A stretch of DNA of 61,502 bases from Nevskiales bacterium (GTDB taxonomy: Bacteria; Pseudomonadota; Gammaproteobacteria; Nevskiales; DATLYR01), in the NCBI GenBank assembly GCA_035574475.1, contig DATLYR010000164.1, positions 1 through 61,502 of the forward strand, read 5' to 3'. The position numbers and the translations under genes were made by a program. How positions within the stretch are numbered: the stretch's first letter is position 1; each line of letters starts with the position of its first letter. The notes beneath the pieces are model-generated. The model did not search any database, was not told where the DNA came from, and saw nothing but the letters and a program-made list of their open reading frames with translations. Of the stretch, positions 8,687 through 16,911 are shown in pieces.

Positions 8687-10842
8687 GCCGCTCCTCGCAT
8701 CCAGCGGTGGTAGCGCTCCACCCACGCCAGCAGCCGCTGGGGTGCATGGGCGCGCTTCCATTCGCCCGCGGCGTATTTATTGGCTTCCGCCCAGGTGGGG
8801 TAGGTATGGATGGTGGAGAGGATTTTGTTCAGCCCCAGCCCGTGCTTCATTGCCAGCACGAACTCGGCGAGCAGGTCGCCAGCATGTTCCCCGACGATGG
8901 TCACGCCCAGAATGCGATCGCGCCCCGGCTCGGTCAGCACCTTGACGAAGCCATGGGCCGCGCCATCGGCGATCGCGCGATCCAGATCATCCAGCCCATA
9001 GCGGGTCACCTCATAGGCGATGCCCTTGGCTTGCGCGTCTTGCTCGTTGAGACCGACACGGGCCACTTCCGGATCGATGAACGTCGTCCACGGGATCACC
9101 GAGTCATCCACCTTGAACTTCTTGAAGCGGCCAAACAGCGCATTGACGGCGGCATACCAGGCCTGGTGAGAGGCCGTGTGGGTGAACTGGTAGGGCCCGG
9201 CGACATCACCGGCGGCGTAGATATTCGGATACAGCGTTTCCAGATACGCGTTGGTGACGACGGTGCGCTGCGTTTCGATACCCAGCTCCTCCAGACCATA
9301 GCCTTTGAGCCGGGCCACCCGGCCCACGGCGCAGATGAGTTCATCGAATTCGATGCGCTGTTCACGGCCCGTGTGTTCGACGACGATGAGCTTGCGTTCG
9401 CCCTCACGTTCGCAACGCAGCGCCTGGTGGCCCGTGAGCACCTCGACGCCGTCGCGGGCCAGTGCCTCCTCGGCCAGCGCCGAGACATCCGCGTCTTCGC
9501 GGATCAGCAAGCGCGGCGCCATTTCGATCTGGGTGACCTTCACCCCCAGTCGCGCAAACGCCTGTGCCAGCTCGCAGCCGATCGGCCCGCCACCCAGCAC
9601 GACCATGCGGCCGGGCATCGCATCGCGCTGTGCCAAGGTCTCCCACAAGGTATCCGAGGTGAGGTAACCCACCGCGTCGAGACCGGGCAAGGGCGGGACG
9701 AAGGGTTGTGCCCCGGCAGCGATGACGATACTGCGAGCCGTCAGGCGTTGGCTGCCATCGTTGCGCTGGATCTCCACCGTCCACGGATCCACGATCTTCG
9801 CGTAACCCTGCACCACATCGACGCCCAGATTGGTGTAGCGCTCGATGCTGTCATGCGGTTCGACCGCGCGGATCACCGCGTGCACCCGCCGCATGACCGC
9901 TTGGAAGGAAAAGGCCGGCTCACTGGCGGTCAGCCCGTAATGGTCGGCATGGCGGATGAGATGCGCGGCCTTGGCGCTTTTGATCAAGGCCTTGCTGGGC
10001 ACGCAGCCGTAGTTGAGGCAATCGCCCCCCATCTTGTGCGCTTCCACCAGCGTCACCTTGGCCTTGACCGCAGCCGCGATATAGGCCGTGACCAGACCCG
10101 CTGCACCGCCACCGATCACGATCAGGTTGCGATCGAAACGGGCTGGTCGCTGCCAGCGTGCATACAGACGCCGCCGCTGCAGTGCGCGCACCAGTGCACG
10201 GGCCAGCCATGGAAACACGCCCAGCAGCGCAAACGCGCCGAGCAGCGTGGGCGAGACGATGTCCGAGAGGCTGCGCAACTGCGCGATCTGGGTGCCTGCA
10301 TTCACGTACACCAGCGTGCCGGCCAGCATGCCGAGCTGGCTCACCCAGTAGAACGTCCAGGCACGCATCGCGGTCAGGCCCATCAGCACATTGATGAGGA
10401 AGAAGGGCACCACCGGTACCAGGCGCAGCGTGAACAAATACAACGCGCCATCGCGCCGAATGCCCGCATCGATGGCCGAAAGGCGCTCACCGAAGCGACG
10501 CTGCACCCCGTCGCGCAGCAGGTAGCGCGAAACCGCAAACGCCAGCAGCGCCCCCACGCTGGAGGCAAAGGACGCGATCAGCGTGCCCTGCCACAGGCCG
10601 AACAAGGCCCCCGCGGCCAGCGTCAGCACTGCCGCGCCGGGCAGCGACAGCGCCGTGACCGCCACATACAGCATGAAAAACCCCAGCACCGCCGCGACCG
10701 GGTGGGCAGCGCGCCAGGCCTGCCAATCGGCCAAGCCAGCCTGCACGGCCGCCAGGTTCAGCCAGCGCGGCCCCCCAGCGGCAAAGAATGCGATCAGCGC
10801 CAGCGCGATCGCGGCCAGTACGAGCGCTTTACGCGCATTCAT
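8683..10842 (-). CDS. fusion protein: TVP38/TMEM64 (DedA-like) membrane domain plus flavoprotein disulfide reductase
   Basis: Start MNARKALVL at 10842. The N-terminal ~230 aa are multi-TM (VPVVPFFLINVLMG). The rest has GGGAAG, the redox centre GGDCLNYGCVPSK, a second GGGPIGCE fold and HTYPTWAE. Confidence 0.85.
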   Translation of the reverse strand: MNARKALVLAAIALALIAFFAAGGPRWLNLAAVQAGLADWQAWRAAHPVAAVLGFFMLYVAVTALSLPGAAVLTLAAGALFGLWQGTLIASFASSVGALLAFAVSRYLLRDGVQRRFGERLSAIDAGIRRDGALYLFTLRLVPVVPFFLINVLMGLTAMRAWTFYWVSQLGMLAGTLVYVNAGTQIAQLRSLSDIVSPTLLGAFALLGVFPWLARALVRALQRRRLYARWQRPARFDRNLIVIGGGAAGLVTAYIAAAVKAKVTLVEAHKMGGDCLNYGCVPSKALIKSAKAAHLIRHADHYGLTASEPAFSFQAVMRRVHAVIRAVEPHDSIERYTNLGVDVVQGYAKIVDPWTVEIQRNDGSQRLTARSIVIAAGAQPFVPPLPGLDAVGYLTSDTLWETLAQRDAMPGRMVVLGGGPIGCELAQAFARLGVKVTQIEMAPRLLIREDADVSALAEEALARDGVEVLTGHQALRCEREGERKLIVVEHTGREQRIEFDELICAVGRVARLKGYGLEELGIETQRTVVTNAYLETLYPNIYAAGDVAGPYQFTHTASHQAWYAAVNALFGRFKKFKVDDSVIPWTTFIDPEVARVGLNEQDAQAKGIAYEVTRYGLDDLDRAIADGAAHGFVKVLTEPGRDRILGVTIVGEHAGDLLAEFVLAMKHGLGLNKILSTIHTYPTWAEANKYAAGEWKRAHAPQRLLAWVERYHRWMRGAA

Positions 10843-11810
10843 CGGGCATCTCCTGCCAGGGCTCCGCCGCAACTGCTGCCCTGGCCCGCGGTGCAGCCGT
10901 AGCAGTGGTCGGCCACGCAGACCGGCCCACCGTCCACATCCTGCGCCAGCAGATCCCGCAGATGGGCGCGTCCAGGCCGCGCACCGAGCGGCAGGCCGAG
11001 CTGCTGGTTGAAGTCGCAGTCGTAGAGATACCCCTGCCAGTCCACACTGACGAGATCGCGGCACATCACGCCCTCGAGGTTGTCGGCGCGGAAGTTGGCC
11101 TTGAGCAAATCCATATAGCCCGCGAACTGCCCTTTGGAAATCAGCCACGAGCCAAAGCGGTTGATCGGCATGTTGGCCAGCGCATAGAGCCGGTTGAAGA
11201 CGATGCCGAAATGCTCGCCCAGCTCGCGCCGGTAGGCGGCTTCCAGTTTCGTCTGCTCCGGCGGCAGGCTGGGGCCTTGCGGGTTGTAGACGAGGTTGAG
11301 CACCAACCCCAAACCTTCCTGTCCGTAGCCCAAGGCATTGAGCCGCTGCAAGCCGGCGATGCTTTTGTCGAACACGCCATCACCACGTTGCCGATCCACA
11401 TTGTCGGCCGAATAACAGGGCAGCGAGGCCACCACCTCCACCTGCTGCGCGGCCAGGAACTCGGCCAAATCGTCCTGCCCCGGCTCGAACAGGATGGTGA
11501 GGTTGCAACGGTCGATCACGCGCACGCCCAACGCGCGCGCCTGCTGCACCAGTGTCCGAAAGCCCGGATGCAGCTCGGGTGCGCCGCCGGTAAGGTCCAG
11601 CACCTCGATGCGGCGCGCCACCAGCACCTTGGGGATCAGCGCCAGCGTGTCGGCCTCCATCATCTCTTTGCGATGCGGGCCGGCATTGACATGGCAATGC
11701 ACGCAGGACTGGTTGCAGCGGTAGCCCAGATTGACCTGCAAGGTGCTGGTACGACGGCGCGTGAGCGATGGAAAGTCGGTGGCCTCGAGCAAGGGCAAGG
11801 TGGCGTGCAT
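10839..11810 (-). CDS. arsS: radical SAM/Cys-rich protein, ArsS-type
   Basis: Start MHATLPLLE at 11810. It has the CNQSCVHC radical-SAM cluster motif and a C-terminal DHCYGCTAGQGSSCGG tail. Confidence 0.85.
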   Translation of the reverse strand: MHATLPLLEATDFPSLTRRRTSTLQVNLGYRCNQSCVHCHVNAGPHRKEMMEADTLALIPKVLVARRIEVLDLTGGAPELHPGFRTLVQQARALGVRVIDRCNLTILFEPGQDDLAEFLAAQQVEVVASLPCYSADNVDRQRGDGVFDKSIAGLQRLNALGYGQEGLGLVLNLVYNPQGPSLPPEQTKLEAAYRRELGEHFGIVFNRLYALANMPINRFGSWLISKGQFAGYMDLLKANFRADNLEGVMCRDLVSVDWQGYLYDCDFNQQLGLPLGARPGRAHLRDLLAQDVDGGPVCVADHCYGCTAGQGSSCGGALAGDAR

Positions 11811-11861
11811 GGAAAGCTCCTGGTGATGGGGCAGCGCGATGGAGACAGCGATGCATGCGGC

Positions 11862-11891
11862 TTGGTCGCAGGCTGTGGCGAGTTTCTTACA
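11862..11891 (-). promoter_or_regulatory. putative ECF-sigma promoter (copy 1) upstream of arsS
   Basis: Minus strand reads TGTAAGAAACTCGCCACAGCCTGCGACCAAG. It shares TGTAA-N18-CGACCAA with four other sites and lies 51 nt upstream of the arsS ATG. Confidence 0.55.
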
Positions 11892-11924
11892 CCCAATGCG
11901 CACCCGTCAGTCTGCTGGGTTCCC

Positions 11925-11954
11925 TGTAATGAAAGCGCCGCTCGTCACGACCAA
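11925..11954 (+). promoter_or_regulatory. putative ECF-sigma promoter (copy 2) upstream of the AhpD-like gene
   Basis: TGTAATGAAAGCGCCGCTCGTCACGACCAAT, 64 nt upstream of the ATG at 12019. Confidence 0.5.
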
Positions 11955-12018
11955 TCACCACCGTGCGCTTGGGCACGGCACTGGCCCACAAGCCCCCCAA
12001 TTCATCAGGAGACCTTCG

Positions 12019-12591
12019 ATGACCGCTGCCATTGCCAAACTCGACCTGCCTGCCCAGACCTTGGAGTCCACCTCCGGAAAGGCGCGTGAGATGCTCGAAA
12101 CCGCCCAGGCCAGGCTGGGTTTCGTGCCCAACATGTACGCCAACATGGTCAACTCACCCGGCTTGCTGGAAACCTATCTCATGGGGTACGAGCGCTTCCG
12201 GCAGGACAGTGGCTTCACCCCCGCCGAGCAGGAAGTCGTGTTCCTGACCATCAGCCGCTTTCATCGCTGCACCTACTGCATGGCGGCACACAGCATGATC
12301 GCCGACAAGGTGTCGAAGGTGCCCGCCCCGGTGCTGCAGGCGCTGCGTGACGGCACGGCCATTCCCGACGCCAAGCTCGCGGCTTTGTCCGCCTTCACCC
12401 ACGCGATGGTGGAAAGCCGCGGGGCGCCCACGCCCGAGCAGGTTCAGGCGTTTCGCGCCGCGGGCTACACCGACCGCCAGGTGCTCGAGATCATCCTCGC
12501 CATCGCGGTCAAGACGCTGAGCAACTACAGCAACCACGTGTTGCACACCCCCGTGGACGCAGCCTTCCAGGCCTATGCCTGGTCGGACTGA
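12019..12591 (+). CDS. carboxymuconolactone decarboxylase (AhpD-like) family protein
   Basis: RBS AGGAGA then ATG at 12019. It has the RCTYCMAAH (CxxC) motif and SNY..H typical of the CMD/AhpD fold. Confidence 0.8.
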   Translation: MTAAIAKLDLPAQTLESTSGKAREMLETAQARLGFVPNMYANMVNSPGLLETYLMGYERFRQDSGFTPAEQEVVFLTISRFHRCTYCMAAHSMIADKVSKVPAPVLQALRDGTAIPDAKLAALSAFTHAMVESRGAPTPEQVQAFRAAGYTDRQVLEIILAIAVKTLSNYSNHVLHTPVDAAFQAYAWSD

Positions 12592-12612
12592 TCCCGTGAC
12601 ATGCATCGGGTG

Positions 12613-12641
12613 TGTAAGAACCACGCCGCTCACACGACCAA
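12613..12641 (+). promoter_or_regulatory. putative ECF-sigma promoter (copy 3) upstream of bufA
   Basis: TGTAAGAACCACGCCGCTCACACGACCAAA, 76 nt upstream of the ATG at 12718. Confidence 0.55.
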
Positions 12642-12717
12642 ACACCCGTCACGTCGCCTTTGCGGCCCCAGCGACGCCGACGCCATCCAGGGGCCTCGAC
12701 CGCACAGGAGATTTGCC

Positions 12718-13023
12718 ATGAACCAGAAACTGTCCGCTGCCGCTCTCACGCTGGCGCTGGGTACCGTGTTGGCCACTGCCGCGACCACCGCCACGGCGCA
12801 GGACATGGGGATGGGGGGGAAGGAAAAATGCTATGGCGTCGCCCTGAAGGGCAAAAACGATTGTAAGGCTGGTCCAGGCACGACCTGTGCCGGAACCGCG
12901 GCAAAGGACTATCAAGGCAACGCCTGGAAGTTCGTCCCCGCCGGCACGTGCGAAAAGACCGCTTCACCGACCTCGCCCACGGGTTTCGGTCAGCTCAAGG
13001 AGTTCAAAGAAAAGAAGGCTTAA
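12718..13023 (+). CDS. bufA: DUF2282 / BufA1-type bufferin precursor peptide
   Basis: RBS AGGAG then ATG at 12718. Sec signal [29 protein letters not shown], followed by a core with four Cys: EKCYG, NDCKAG, TTCAG and GTCEK. Confidence 0.85.
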   Translation: MNQKLSAAALTLALGTVLATAATTATAQDMGMGGKEKCYGVALKGKNDCKAGPGTTCAGTAAKDYQGNAWKFVPAGTCEKTASPTSPTGFGQLKEFKEKKA

Positions 13024-13089
13024 GGCATCGCTACTGCAATCGGGCCTATGGCATGCCGCCATAGGCCCGGCATTCGTCAGGAGAGTGCC

Positions 13090-13986
13090 ATGGCATGGCC
13101 ACCGCCCACGACATTCCAGACTTTGTCGGTATTGCCATTGCGTGCCGGTTTGGGACTCAAGTCCGAGCATTACCGCGTGATCCTCGATCAGGTGCCGGAT
13201 GTAGGTTTCTTCGAGATCCATGCGGAGAACTATTTCGTCGCAGGCGGCCCCATGCACCACTCTCTGGGCCGCATTCGGGAGCGCTACGCCCTCTCCATCC
13301 ACGGGGTGGGCTTGTCCATTGGCGGCGCGGGGCTGCTGGACCGCGCGCATCTGGCGGCGCTGAAAGCCTTGCTGGCGCGCTACCAACCGCAGGCGTTTTC
13401 GGAACATCTGGCCTGGTCCAGCCACGGCGGGCATTTCCTCAACGACTTGCTGCCGCTGCCCTATACCGACATCACCCTGCAGCGCGTGTGCGCCCACATC
13501 GACCAGGTGCAGGAGACGCTGGGCCGCCGCCTGCTGCTGGAAAACCCCGCGACCTATGTCGAATTCGCCGCTTCCACCTGGGACGAGGCGGACTTCATCG
13601 CCGAGGTGGTGCGCCGCACCGGCTGTGGCCTGCTGCTCGACGTCAATAACGCGTATGTGAGCTGCACCAACCACGGCCGTGACCCTGACGCCTATCTGAC
13701 GCGGCTGCCCCTGCACGCGGTGGGGGAAATCCACCTCGCTGGCTTTGCCGAGGACGTGGATGGTGCGGGCGCGCGACTGCTGATCGACAGCCACGGTGCG
13801 CCGGTGGACGATGCCGTGTGGGCCTTGTACCGGCGGGCGCTGTGCTACACCGGCCCGGTGCCGACCTTGATCGAGCGCGACCAGAACCTGCCGCCCTTCG
13901 AGGTGCTGTTGGCAGAAGCGCATGCCGCCGACGCGCTGCTGGCCGAGGCGGCAGCAACGATTCCGATGCTGCAGGAGGTGGTGTGA
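13090..13986 (+). CDS. bufB: DUF692 / MNIO (multinuclear non-haem iron oxidative) enzyme, BufB-type
   Basis: [45 protein letters not shown] and ERD motifs fit the DUF692 TIM-barrel family. I chose the ATG at 13090 because it follows an AGGAGAG RBS. Confidence 0.9.
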   Translation: MAWPPPTTFQTLSVLPLRAGLGLKSEHYRVILDQVPDVGFFEIHAENYFVAGGPMHHSLGRIRERYALSIHGVGLSIGGAGLLDRAHLAALKALLARYQPQAFSEHLAWSSHGGHFLNDLLPLPYTDITLQRVCAHIDQVQETLGRRLLLENPATYVEFAASTWDEADFIAEVVRRTGCGLLLDVNNAYVSCTNHGRDPDAYLTRLPLHAVGEIHLAGFAEDVDGAGARLLIDSHGAPVDDAVWALYRRALCYTGPVPTLIERDQNLPPFEVLLAEAHAADALLAEAAATIPMLQEVV

Positions 13987-14753
13987 TGCACGCCTGGAGG
14001 CAAGCGCTGCTCGATCCTTCTCTGCCACCGCCGCCCGGTCTGGTCGCGTGGAACGGCTCGGAGGTGGCCACCCGCTTTGCGGTGTACCGCAACAACGTCG
14101 TCGTCTCGCTCATCGACGCCCTGGCCGATACCTATCCGGTGGTGGTGCAGTTGGTAGGCGAGGCGTTTTTCCGCGCGATGGCGCGTGAATACGTGCGCGC
14201 GCATCTGCCGACCTCGCCCGTGCTCGCGCAGTACGGCGGTGATTTCGCCACGTTCATCGACACCTTTGCCCCGGCGGCGTCGGTGCCGTATCTCTCGGAC
14301 GTGGCCCGGCTGGAGTGGGCCTACCTGCAGGCCTTGCACGCCCCGGATGCGCCGGTGCTGACCCCGGCGGCCCTGCAGGCGGCGCTCGCCGATCCCGAAC
14401 GCCTGCCCGCGCTGCGCCTCCATCTGCACCCCTCGCTGCACGGCTTGCGGCTGCGCCACGCCGCCGTGTCGATCTGGGCAGCGCACCACGGGGAGGGTGC
14501 GCTGGAGGCGATCGACCCTGGGCGCGCGGAAAACGCCGTGGTCGTGCGCACCGACCTCTCCGTGCAAGTGATTCCCGTGGCGGATGGCGCCGTCGCCGTG
14601 CTGGATGACCTGGCCGCGGGCTTGCCCCTGGGCGCCGTGTTCGAGCGCCTGGCCGCGCGCGATGCCCCGCTCGATCTGGGCGAATGGCTGGGCCTGCTGC
14701 TGCGGGTGCAAGGGCTGAGCGCACTGAGCTTGACACCCACCGATGATGCGTAA
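13986..14753 (+). CDS. bufC: DUF2063 protein, MNIO partner (BufC-type)
   Basis: ATG at 13986 overlaps the bufB TGA. FAVYRNNVVVSLIDALADTYPVV and ARLEWAY are typical of DUF2063. Confidence 0.85.
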   Translation: MHAWRQALLDPSLPPPPGLVAWNGSEVATRFAVYRNNVVVSLIDALADTYPVVVQLVGEAFFRAMAREYVRAHLPTSPVLAQYGGDFATFIDTFAPAASVPYLSDVARLEWAYLQALHAPDAPVLTPAALQAALADPERLPALRLHLHPSLHGLRLRHAAVSIWAAHHGEGALEAIDPGRAENAVVVRTDLSVQVIPVADGAVAVLDDLAAGLPLGAVFERLAARDAPLDLGEWLGLLLRVQGLSALSLTPTDDA

Positions 14754-14765
14754 GGAGACCCCATC

Positions 14766-15263
14766 ATGAACACCTGCACCCCTTGGACCCAATGGCCGCG
14801 CCGCATCATCGCCCTGTTCGAGCGCATTCCGCACAGCGCCATCGCGCTGCTCGCACGGTTTTCTATCGCAGCGGTGTTTTGGAAATCGGGCCAGACGAAG
14901 ATCGAAGGGCTGGCTATCGACCTCATTGACGGGCAGTGGCAGCTCGGCTGGCCGCATCTGTCCGACAGCGCCGTGGAGCTGTTTCGCAGCGAGTACCAAC
15001 TGCCCGTGCTGCCGCCGGAACTGGCGGCGCTGCTGGCGGCGTTTGCCGAACATCTGTTCCCGCTGCTGCTGCTCGTCGGACTGGCCACGCGCTTTTCCGC
15101 ATTGGCCCTGCTGGGCATGACCGCGGTGATCCAGTTTCTGGTCTACCCCGGCGCCTACCCGACCCACGGCACCTGGGCGGCGGTGCTGCTCTACCTGATG
15201 GTGTATGGGCCGGGGACGTTATCGATGGATCATGTCATCGCGCGTCGTTGCCGCCACGGCTGA
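14766..15263 (+). CDS. bufD: DoxX-family membrane protein (BufD-type)
   Basis: 165 aa with 4 TM helices. RFSIAAVFWKSGQTK and AEHLFPLLLLVGLATRFSAL fit the DoxX pattern. Confidence 0.8.
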   Translation: MNTCTPWTQWPRRIIALFERIPHSAIALLARFSIAAVFWKSGQTKIEGLAIDLIDGQWQLGWPHLSDSAVELFRSEYQLPVLPPELAALLAAFAEHLFPLLLLVGLATRFSALALLGMTAVIQFLVYPGAYPTHGTWAAVLLYLMVYGPGTLSMDHVIARRCRHG

Positions 15264-15275
15264 GTGGGGTGTGCC

Positions 15276-16070
15276 ATGAACGCAGGCCTGCACCGTGTCG
15301 GTCGCTGGCTCGCTCGGTATCTCGCACGGCCCGTGCATGTGCATGGCACGGCACCGCCGGTACCGCCCGAGCGCCTGTTGGCCTGTCTGCAACCGGGGGA
15401 CGTGCTGCTGGTGGAAGGCAACAGCCGCGTCAGCACGGCGATCAAGTACCTGACCCAGTCCACCTGGTCGCACGCCGCGCTCTTTGTGGGCTTTGCCCCG
15501 TTGACCGCGGTGGGGCGCGATCCCTCGCATTGCTTCGTCGAGGCCGACATCGTCGATGGCGTACGCAGCGTTGGGGTGGATGCGTTTGCGGGCTTGCACA
15601 CCCGCATCTGCCGTCCGGTGGGCTTGCGTGAGGCCGATCGTGAGCGGCTCATCGCCTACGTGATCGCCCGCCTGGGCCACCAGTACGATTTGCGCAATGT
15701 GATCGATCTGGCGCGTTACCTGCTGCCGACCCCACCCGTGCCAACCCGCTGGCGGCGACGCCTGCTGGCCCTGGGCAGCGGCGAGCCCACGCGCGCCATC
15801 TGCTCCACGCTGATCGCGCAGGCTTTCCAGTCCATCCGCTATCCCATTCTGCCCATCATTGAGCAACGACAAACGGAAGCGGCAGACTGCCCTGGATGCC
15901 TGGAAGAAATCCTGCACGTGCGCCACCACAGCCTGTTTACACCGCGCGACTTTGACGTGTCCCCCTATTTCGAGGTGGTCAAACCCACCTTGGCCGCTGG
16001 CTTCGATTACACCGCCTTGCATTGGGGCGAGTCACCGACCCCACCCGCCATGCAGCCACGTCAGTCCTGA
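15276..16070 (+). CDS. YiiX-like permuted papain-fold (NlpC/P60 superfamily) protein
   Basis: It starts 13 nt after the doxX stop. The order His (STWSHAALFVG) then Cys (RAICSTLIAQAF) is characteristic of permuted YiiX/YaeF-type enzymes. I saw no signal peptide. Confidence 0.65.
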   Translation: MNAGLHRVGRWLARYLARPVHVHGTAPPVPPERLLACLQPGDVLLVEGNSRVSTAIKYLTQSTWSHAALFVGFAPLTAVGRDPSHCFVEADIVDGVRSVGVDAFAGLHTRICRPVGLREADRERLIAYVIARLGHQYDLRNVIDLARYLLPTPPVPTRWRRRLLALGSGEPTRAICSTLIAQAFQSIRYPILPIIEQRQTEAADCPGCLEEILHVRHHSLFTPRDFDVSPYFEVVKPTLAAGFDYTALHWGESPTPPAMQPRQS

Positions 16071-16288
16071 CCGGCATCCTCATCCCCGGCAAACGGGCTC
16101 TCGGCACGCTCGTTCTCACCGCGGGCATAAGCGCGTGTAATGCGTCTGAGTGCGTGCATCTGCGCATGGAAGTTGCGGCAGCCCGAGCACATCATCACGT
16201 GCATCTTGAGCGGAAGCTTTTCCCTGAGCGTCAGCTTCCGCTCCTGCGCCTCGGACATCAAGCGGGTGGCCTCGACACAGTTCAACAT
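16061..16288 (-). CDS. short zf-HC2 (ZAS-type) anti-sigma factor without a TM segment
   Basis: Start MLNCVEATRLMSEAQE at 16288, overlapping the sigma gene stop (ATGTTGA). It has the HVMMCSGC (HxxxCxxC) motif. It is 75 aa with an acidic tail. Confidence 0.7.
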   Translation of the reverse strand: MLNCVEATRLMSEAQERKLTLREKLPLKMHVMMCSGCRNFHAQMHALRRITRAYARGENERAESPFAGDEDAGQD

Positions 16289-16911
16289 GGTTTGCCCTCC
16301 AGAAACCAACGGTTTTCCAGGCACTCGCGCAATCTCAGGCGGGCCCGGTGCAGCATGACGTTCAGATTGTTCACGGTGATGCCGACACTGGCGCAAATCT
16401 GCGGTGATTCCAGTTCGAGAAATTCCCGCATCATGAACACCTGCGCCTGTCGAGCCGGGAGCTGAGTCAGACAGGCTTCGAACACCCGCCAGAACTGCGC
16501 ATCGTGCAGCGCGCCTTCCGGGTCCGCCCAGCGCTGCGGCCGTTCATCGGCGTGCCAGAAGCCGCGCCGGTCGAACAATTCGGAAAAGTCCTCGTCATCC
16601 TGTGCCGCCTGCAGCAGGCTGCTGGCATCCACCAGGCGCTGTCTTTGGCGCAGCTCGTCGGCGATCTTGTTCTTGAGGATCGTAAACACCCAGGTCTTGA
16701 AGGCTGAGCGTCCGCCGAACGAAGCGGCGTTTTTCATCGCGCCAATCAGCGCCTCTTGCACGGCATCTTCGGCCGCGTGCGGATCCGATAGTTGCAGCGT
16801 GGCGAACTTGAGCATCTGCCGACGCAAGTCCTCCAGGAACGCGCCCTCCAAGGGAGATACGCCTGACTCGGCTGCGGGTGTCGTCACGCTGGGCGACGCC
16901 TCATGGTTCAT
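16282..16911 (-). CDS. ECF (sigma-70 family group 4) sigma factor
   Basis: 209 aa. Region 2 is DAVQEALIGAMKNAASFGGRSAFKTWVFTILKNKIADELR. Region 4 is LPARQAQVFMMREFLELESPQICASVGITVNNLNVMLHRARLRLRECL. Confidence 0.9.
   Translation of the reverse strand: MNHEASPSVTTPAAESGVSPLEGAFLEDLRRQMLKFATLQLSDPHAAEDAVQEALIGAMKNAASFGGRSAFKTWVFTILKNKIADELRQRQRLVDASSLLQAAQDDEDFSELFDRRGFWHADERPQRWADPEGALHDAQFWRVFEACLTQLPARQAQVFMMREFLELESPQICASVGITVNNLNVMLHRARLRLRECLENRWFLEGKPC

Noticed and set aside
8707-10902. Very long ORFs antisense to well-supported genes: 8707-10902 (+), 23252-25735 (+), 32405-34861 (+), 35038-36870 (+), 37027-39483 (+), 52019-53641 (+), 58328-59905 (+) and many 100-300-aa ones.
   Set aside because: They are typical high-GC shadow ORFs. 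Their translations are Arg/Gly/Ala/Pro-rich with no recognisable motifs, and each overlaps a gene with clear family signatures on the other strand.
12855-12885. A sixth copy of the ECF motif inside bufA (TGTAAGGCTGGTCCAGGCACGACCTG), and a TGTAAGGCACG... site at 41245.
   Set aside because: The spacing is wrong (14 nt) and the -10-like element is CGACCTG rather than CGACCAA. Both sites are inside coding sequence, so these are chance partial matches.
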